46,609 nt of DNA, from the IMG/VR virus record IMGVR_UViG_3300045988_056617, positions 1-46,609 of that record; one strand, given 5' to 3'. The stretch comes from a virus. The position numbers were made by a program, and so were the translations under genes. The notes beneath the pieces were generated by a model. The model ran no database searches and was not told the DNA's origin. It saw nothing but the letters and a program-made list of their open reading frames with translations. Below are positions 41,745 to 46,609 of the stretch, in pieces. Each line of letters opens with the position of its first letter. The first letter of the stretch is position 1.

Positions 41745-42379
41745 TAGACTGCTGGCGAAGCCGGTATTAACTGTGTCAGAGGGTTAAATTCCGGTTTGAA
41801 AATCTCCAAGTTATCCGACCAATTAGGCATAAAACTCCACGAAATTATATTCGTGTCCGGTGCTTCCAAACCTCCAATAGTTCTGTCACCTACAAACAAA
41901 GACTCAACAGGGATTGGTTTGTAGTTCTCACCTTCTTTAATAGCAGCGATCTGACCGTTGCCGTTAATCAAATAAACACCAAGTCCTCCAGTTACTTCGC
42001 ACATCAGACCCTTTAAAACCTTAATTACTTCCTGAGGCGTTTTGAGGAATTTCCCTGTGAACGAAGTGCTATTAGACCCCAAAATTTCAACTACGCCACC
42101 GGGCGTTGCGTTTCCACCTCCATACGTCAAAGCCTCGCCCGCTTCAACAGTCGGCTCAGCAATGTACGGTGAAACCACCATTTTAGTAGCGTCTTTTGCA
42201 GCAAGTAAAGCCGTCCAAGTACCCAATGTTTTAGCAGTTGCAACAGTTATTGAATTCTCAGCCGTTTTACCCATCAATCTCTGAAATACTACTTTCTGAA
42301 TCTGACCGAAGTTCTCCGGACATGTTACAACCGGAATATCCGGTAAAGCCGTTCCTAACGGACAATCACAATACAACAT
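41744..42379 (-). CDS. Hypothetical protein (possibly structural), with its own promoter
   Basis: 211 aa. A -7 box lies 39 nt upstream. No motif recognised. Confidence 0.55.
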   Translation of the reverse strand: MLYCDCPLGTALPDIPVVTCPENFGQIQKVVFQRLMGKTAENSITVATAKTLGTWTALLAAKDATKMVVSPYIAEPTVEAGEALTYGGGNATPGGVVEILGSNSTSFTGKFLKTPQEVIKVLKGLMCEVTGGLGVYLINGNGQIAAIKEGENYKPIPVESLFVGDRTIGGLEAPDTNIISWSFMPNWSDNLEIFKPEFNPLTQLIPASPAV

Positions 42380-42417
42380 ATTTTCTTAATTTTTAGTTAA
42401 ACAATTAATTAACAATG

Positions 42418-42425
42418 CAAATGTA
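42418..42425 (-). promoter_or_regulatory. -7 box (TACATTTG)
   Basis: caaatgta at 42418-42425. Confidence 0.5.
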
Positions 42426-42464
42426 CCTATATTATTTTGAAACATAGATACAATTTGCTTTCTA

Positions 42465-43976
42465 TTAATTTATACGCTTGATACCTCTCCGTTTAGGCTC
42501 GATAGCGGGCATAACTTCTTTCTCTACGATACCAGTTAATGTATCCGGCGCATCATCATGTGCGTTCGCTTTAAAGTCCCTCAGATAGCCTGTAACATCT
42601 TCGTAGAAACGAGGATATTTAGACTCCCAACCGAACGGCATGACAATAGATTGCGTAACATTTGCAGCATGCGTTAATATCCTCGCCTCTTTGTTATTGT
42701 GCTGAGAGAACCATCGTATCGAGGTTTTAGTTTTCGGTGATATGTTAACAGCAAAAGAGCGACCACCATTATTACTCTCAATATTAGCATACTCAGTTTC
42801 GTTTCTATTTAACATTTCCGGTACAGTAACTTGCGTAACCTCTATCGGATCAGTGGTATATATTACGTCTGTCACAAGACAGAATATTAGGTGCTTGTAT
42901 GCCTTTTCTTTCTCGCTCCAAACCGGCTCTTTTGATCGGTATTTATCATAGCATATACTACAAAGGTTATCCGTTCCGGTATCGGCACAATCGGTATAGT
43001 TACCACGACCGAGAAAGACACCGAAATCTGACTTATCAGACCACGTTTTAAATTTGCCGTATAACTGTCCTTCTGCACTTCCGGGATTCCCTTGATTCAA
43101 GCACTCAAATTCAACCTTGTCAAGTTCACGCTCAGCAAGAAGTTTCTTTGCGCTATGTTTCTCTTCCCACAACGCCTCACCTTCATGCCGTTTGTCTATC
43201 TCTGTCGGTTCACCTACCTTCAATGCAGGGAAGTTTATCTTTACCCATGCGCCCTCCGGTATATTATCAAGATCAGACCATTTTGTTACCGTGATAACTT
43301 TCTCTTTCTTTTCTATACGACCTATCAAGTCGTCTTTATTCCATCGTGTAAATACGATCAATTCTTGACCGTTGTTATCAAGGCGCTTTCTGACAACCGT
43401 AGTGTACCATTTCCATGCAGCTTCCCGAATAATAGGTGAGTTAGCTTCAAGGTGATCTTTGTAAACGTCGTCAAGTATAGCAACATTTACAGATTTACCC
43501 GTCAAACCTCCCGAACGTCCGACAGCCGTAACCGACCCTTTTCTGCCTATCACCTCAGTCATTTTGCTATTACGGGTGTATGCTTCATAACGTGACGTTT
43601 TCTCAGCACCCATGATTCGAGTACCGGGGAACAAACTAATATACTCCGGTGTGTCTAAAATGCGCTGTACGTCCTTATTAAAGCCCTCAGCAAGCGTTGC
43701 AGCATAAGAACCTATCGCTATCTTTGCGTCCGGACGTAAACCTAAAATAAAGGCAGGTAGTTTACGGCTACTACCCTCACTCTTTCCATGCTGAGGCGGA
43801 CAGGAAACAATCAGCTTTTTTATCTTTCCATGCGCAAACCTATCAAGAATTTCGTAGTATGCTTTATGAAACTTGCTGAGTTTTATATCATTATCAATAT
43901 ACTTAATGAAGTTCTTGAATTTGTTTCTCGCAACCGCTTTTACAATTTCCTCTGGTGGTATATTATTTATCTTCAT
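42465..43976 (-). CDS. terL: Terminase large subunit (start trimmed to 43976)
   Basis: MKINNIPPEE...LIVSCPPQHGKSEGSS (Walker A-like), VAILDDVYKD (Walker B-like), and a C-terminal nuclease-like region with HDDAPD. The ATG overlaps the end of the small subunit gene by 14 nt. Confidence 0.85.
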   Translation of the reverse strand: MKINNIPPEEIVKAVARNKFKNFIKYIDNDIKLSKFHKAYYEILDRFAHGKIKKLIVSCPPQHGKSEGSSRKLPAFILGLRPDAKIAIGSYAATLAEGFNKDVQRILDTPEYISLFPGTRIMGAEKTSRYEAYTRNSKMTEVIGRKGSVTAVGRSGGLTGKSVNVAILDDVYKDHLEANSPIIREAAWKWYTTVVRKRLDNNGQELIVFTRWNKDDLIGRIEKKEKVITVTKWSDLDNIPEGAWVKINFPALKVGEPTEIDKRHEGEALWEEKHSAKKLLAERELDKVEFECLNQGNPGSAEGQLYGKFKTWSDKSDFGVFLGRGNYTDCADTGTDNLCSICYDKYRSKEPVWSEKEKAYKHLIFCLVTDVIYTTDPIEVTQVTVPEMLNRNETEYANIESNNGGRSFAVNISPKTKTSIRWFSQHNNKEARILTHAANVTQSIVMPFGWESKYPRFYEDVTGYLRDFKANAHDDAPDTLTGIVEKEVMPAIEPKRRGIKRIN

Positions 43977-44556
43977 CGTCACCTCCATTCTGCAAAGCGT
44001 CTGCCATCTTTTCGAGGACATCTGCCGGAACACTGGATAAGTCGTATTTTGGTTTCTCTTTTTCTTTATCCCCGACAATAGAAACAACCAACGGACTATC
44101 ATAGCCTAACAAGCGTGCTTTTCTTTGCTGCACGTTAAGAATGACATTCAAGAACGAAGGGTCACCCGTTGTTGTTTCCTTTTGCACCTCGACAGCAGTC
44201 TTAAACCTGTATTTCGTTTTGCATTTAGGACGCTTAGAGCGTTCCCATTCCTCCCACGCCTCCCTCGCTACATTGTCGAGTGCTTGAATTTCCTGTGTAA
44301 CATACTGGTCTATGTTAGTGAATTGTTCCCGTTTCCACTCAGCCAAACATTTCTGAATGTCGTTATACACAGACTGATAAGATATTTGTATATCTATCCC
44401 CATCTCTTTGTAGCGTTCATTGATCTTATCTCTGATTCTGCGATAAGAATACCCCTTTAGAAAAAATTCAGATTCAAGTGCTTTGTCAGCCTCCCATTGT
44501 TCATCGGTCCTCTTTATTTTTCCTTGTGATTTAACCATACTACCTACCTTAACCAT
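43963..44556 (-). CDS. Terminase small subunit (putative)
   Basis: 197 aa, immediately upstream of and overlapping terL. It is the first gene behind the late promoter and has an HTH-like segment (LKGYSYRRIRDKINERY). Confidence 0.55.
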   Translation of the reverse strand: MVKVGSMVKSQGKIKRTDEQWEADKALESEFFLKGYSYRRIRDKINERYKEMGIDIQISYQSVYNDIQKCLAEWKREQFTNIDQYVTQEIQALDNVAREAWEEWERSKRPKCKTKYRFKTAVEVQKETTTGDPSFLNVILNVQQRKARLLGYDSPLVVSIVGDKEKEKPKYDLSSVPADVLEKMADALQNGGDDEDK

Positions 44557-44621
44557 ATTATTAAGAATTATATTTAAACAAAAATAGATTCACTTTGCTA
44601 AAAATGAACCGTTTACCTATG

Positions 44622-44629
44622 CAAATATA
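44622..44629 (-). promoter_or_regulatory. -7 box (TATATTTG) upstream of the terminase genes
   Basis: caaatata at 44622-44629 in cctatgcaaatatatat. Confidence 0.55.
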
Positions 44630-44648
44630 TATATATTAACTCGAATAT

Positions 44649-44686
44649 AAAAAGATAGGCATGTCGCAATAGTTGCAACACACCTA
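44649..44686 (-). terminator. Terminator closing the early block
   Basis: Minus strand: UAGGUGUGUUGC-aacuauu-GCGACAUGCCUA, a 12-bp stem with three G-U pairs (44656-44686), followed by UCUUUUUAUAUU. Confidence 0.65.
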
Positions 44687-44710
44687 CCAGTTACTTATTA
44701 ATCATTAAAA

Positions 44711-45364
44711 TTAAAGTTTTGGTTCGTACATGTCTTCAAAATAAACTTTTGGCAGTACAGAATATACCCCATCCTCAGAAAGCAACACATAACTTCCGTA
44801 ATTAACATATATTTCTTTTTCTTTTTTATATCTAAAATAGATACCTTCATTTGATTTATAACCATAAATATACAAGCCAAGATCGCTAATCTCTTTTTTA
44901 AAATCACCTTCACGTGATATATAAACAGCCTTTACTTCGTGCGTTTTCCGAACGTAAACATTTCTGTTTGACACCTTTTTAGACTCAGATTCAATACTTA
45001 TCCCCCTATCGGTATATATCACAGTAGTTTCAGTTTCTTTGCCTTCCGCCTCCCTTTTCGCTTGACTAAGCAACTCATCATATTGCTCTTTCGTGTACAA
45101 CTGTCCGCCTAACATATACATATTGTATTCGTCTTTCAGAATCAATTGTAGAGTATGAATAGCTTTCGCAATATCTCTTTCTTTGTTTTTTCGTCTGTGG
45201 CGGAATGCGTATTTTATCGCATAGCCATCCATTGTATTAACATTATTCTGATTGAGAAACTGATACAAAGGAATAGAATCACCTTGATAGTGATTACCAT
45301 CTATTTGAATACCTTCCGGATCAGCCGCTAAAATAGCGTTAATTTTGATTTGTTCTAAATTCAT
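44711..45364 (-). CDS. DUF3310-like protein (start trimmed to 45364)
   Basis: ...HYQGDSIPLYQFLNQNNVNTMDGYAIKYAFRHRRKNKERDIAKAIHTLQLIL fits the DUF3310 (hY...KY..R...K...D..KA) pattern. The track start at 45442 overlaps the upstream gene. Confidence 0.55.
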   Translation of the reverse strand: MNLEQIKINAILAADPEGIQIDGNHYQGDSIPLYQFLNQNNVNTMDGYAIKYAFRHRRKNKERDIAKAIHTLQLILKDEYNMYMLGGQLYTKEQYDELLSQAKREAEGKETETTVIYTDRGISIESESKKVSNRNVYVRKTHEVKAVYISREGDFKKEISDLGLYIYGYKSNEGIYFRYKKEKEIYVNYGSYVLLSEDGVYSVLPKVYFEDMYEPKL

Positions 45365-45383
45365 ATTTTTATCTATTTTGTTA

Positions 45384-45965
45384 TTAGTATTTCTTCCCAT
45401 GCTTATAGCCTCTGGTTTCGTTATACCGTATTTTTGCCTCAATCGCTCTACCTAAATCAATGTTATGTATGATTGCTATCGCTGCACAAATCTCCATTAT
45501 AGTAGTAAAGTAATTGCAGCATATTTTTTCATTACTTGTTACCCAGTATGCGAGATTATATACGTAATAAGCGAATGTATTCGGAGTTTTATTTAGAATT
45601 TTCACCCGTTCATCAATGCAATGCTTGAATAGAACTATGTCGTTATTCTCCTTGTTATATTTTCCAGTTGCGTCCAAACACCGAATGAAAACATCTGCAA
45701 GTTCATCGCTGACAGTATCTTTAATATTCTGTTTAAATACACTTTCAAAATCAGTCTCACAGCTTAGAACCACATCGTAAGCACCTTTTTCTACAAACCT
45801 ACCTTTTCTCTCCGCCTCCATCGCTTCGCACATCTCCGAAATGATAAGCCCGAATATCTCAGTAAGAGGAACGTCCCGATCATGGAACCCTTTTGCCTTC
45901 ATTCTTTCATGCTGTTCTTTACATTCTTTTGTTAAGAAAATAACGCTTTTACTAAAATCAATCAT
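45384..45965 (-). CDS. MazG-like nucleotide pyrophosphohydrolase (putative)
   Basis: LIISEMCEAMEAERKG and ELADVFIRCLD resemble the paired EExxE / ExxD helices of MazG-type enzymes. Confidence 0.5.
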   Translation of the reverse strand: MIDFSKSVIFLTKECKEQHERMKAKGFHDRDVPLTEIFGLIISEMCEAMEAERKGRFVEKGAYDVVLSCETDFESVFKQNIKDTVSDELADVFIRCLDATGKYNKENNDIVLFKHCIDERVKILNKTPNTFAYYVYNLAYWVTSNEKICCNYFTTIMEICAAIAIIHNIDLGRAIEAKIRYNETRGYKHGKKY

Positions 45966-45968
45966 ATC

Positions 45969-46609
45969 CTATTTGTTTAAAGTTAATGTTTTGCGTATAA
46001 AATCTAATCCCTTTTGAAACACCACAGTTTTTATATTAATGCAGTTAGTCCCATCACTTTTTGTATATTGAGTTTCAACGGTTCTAAAATACCCCCAATC
46101 TATATACTTTTGATAAGGCATGTTTTTACGATCAAGAACACGTTTATCTCTTAATACTTCAAATATTTTATTCCGACCTATTCCCATATTCAGCACAGTG
46201 GCAACCGTTCGCATATCGATAGTGTCCTCGCTACCTGTAACGGCATTATAAAACTCAACCTTTGGAGTCTGCTCTAACAGCAATTTATCTTTCTCCTCTA
46301 TTTCTTTCGCTTGTTTGGCTGCTAACATTAGAGCCTCGCTGAATGTAGATGGGATAACGAAGTTGCCGGAACGCTTCTCCTTTTCAAGCTCTTCCCATCT
46401 GTTAATTATCTTTTCACGCAATAAAGCATCATATCCGGAAGCGAGAATTAAACAACCCTTCTTTGTAAGATTGTAACAAGGTCTATTTTGGTTATTAGCA
46501 TCCTTATATGTCCCCTCCTCAAAATTGAGGACGGCGACACCCTGTGATAATAACCCCCTTATGTCTCTGATGATGTTATCATGTCTCCTCCCTGTTAATT
46601 CCGCAATCT
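45969..46609 (-). CDS. Rha/KilAC antirepressor-like protein, 3' segment of the junction-spanning gene (5' end at 116..1)
   Basis: The frame stays open from 46609 down to the stop at 45969. C-terminus ...FSEALMLAAKQAKEIEEKDKLL...MRTVATVLNMGIGRNKIFEVLRDKRVL...VVFQKGLDFIRKTL is KilAC-like. Confidence 0.8.
   Translation of the reverse strand, partial: IAELTGRRHDNIIRDIRGLLSQGVAVLNFEEGTYKDANNQNRPCYNLTKKGCLILASGYDALLREKIINRWEELEKEKRSGNFVIPSTFSEALMLAAKQAKEIEEKDKLLLEQTPKVEFYNAVTGSEDTIDMRTVATVLNMGIGRNKIFEVLRDKRVLDRKNMPYQKYIDWGYFRTVETQYTKSDGTNCINIKTVVFQKGLDFIRKTLTLNK
46555..46609. repeat. Terminal direct repeat, identical to 1-55
   Basis: Read directly (see feature 1-55). Confidence 0.95.

Overview
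The window is a complete, circularly closed tailed dsDNA phage genome. Its unique length is 46,554 bp: bases 1-55 are repeated at 46555-46609, and one gene reads in frame through that junction. All credible genes (about 67) lie on the minus strand, including four ORFs under 60 aa that are missing from the ORF track. Start codons lack Shine-Dalgarno sequences, and the intergenic gaps carry reverse-complemented TAnnTTTG boxes. These are Bacteroidota-type promoters, so a Bacteroides-like host is inferred. The late block runs from 44556 down to 16348. It holds the small and large terminase, putative portal, scaffold, major capsid, neck genes, an inserted accessory island, tape measure, a 724-aa tail protein, a 2081-aa modular tail fibre, a holin-like protein, an M15 endolysin and a spanin-like protein. 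The early block runs from 15906 down through base 1 and on to 44711. It holds Rha/KilAC and Bro/KilAC antirepressor paralogues, a lipoprotein, ThyA, an XRE-like HTH protein, an ERF annealase with a PD-(D/E)xK exonuclease, a DNA methyltransferase, a replisome-organiser-like protein, a RuvC-like resolvase, an HNH protein, SSB, a MazG-like protein and a DUF3310 protein. I saw no integrase, reverse transcriptase, CRISPR array, tRNA or rRNA. The most unusual signals are non-coding. (1) A roughly 90-nt promoter plus 5'-leader cassette is reused at least four times, each copy preceded by a terminator. (2) A possible plus-strand small RNA at 12314-12430 would be antisense to that shared leader. (3) An orphan promoter sits with a structured non-coding stretch at the late/early junction (15975-16347). 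(4) One leader carries a 153-nt insertion. (5) Iteron-like repeats lie inside the replisome-organiser gene. (6) A 41-nt hairpin element occurs twice with a compensatory stem change. (7) A tandem family of small Cys-rich proteins sits in a self-contained island that splits the structural genes. All functional calls rest on motif recognition by eye; no searches were run.
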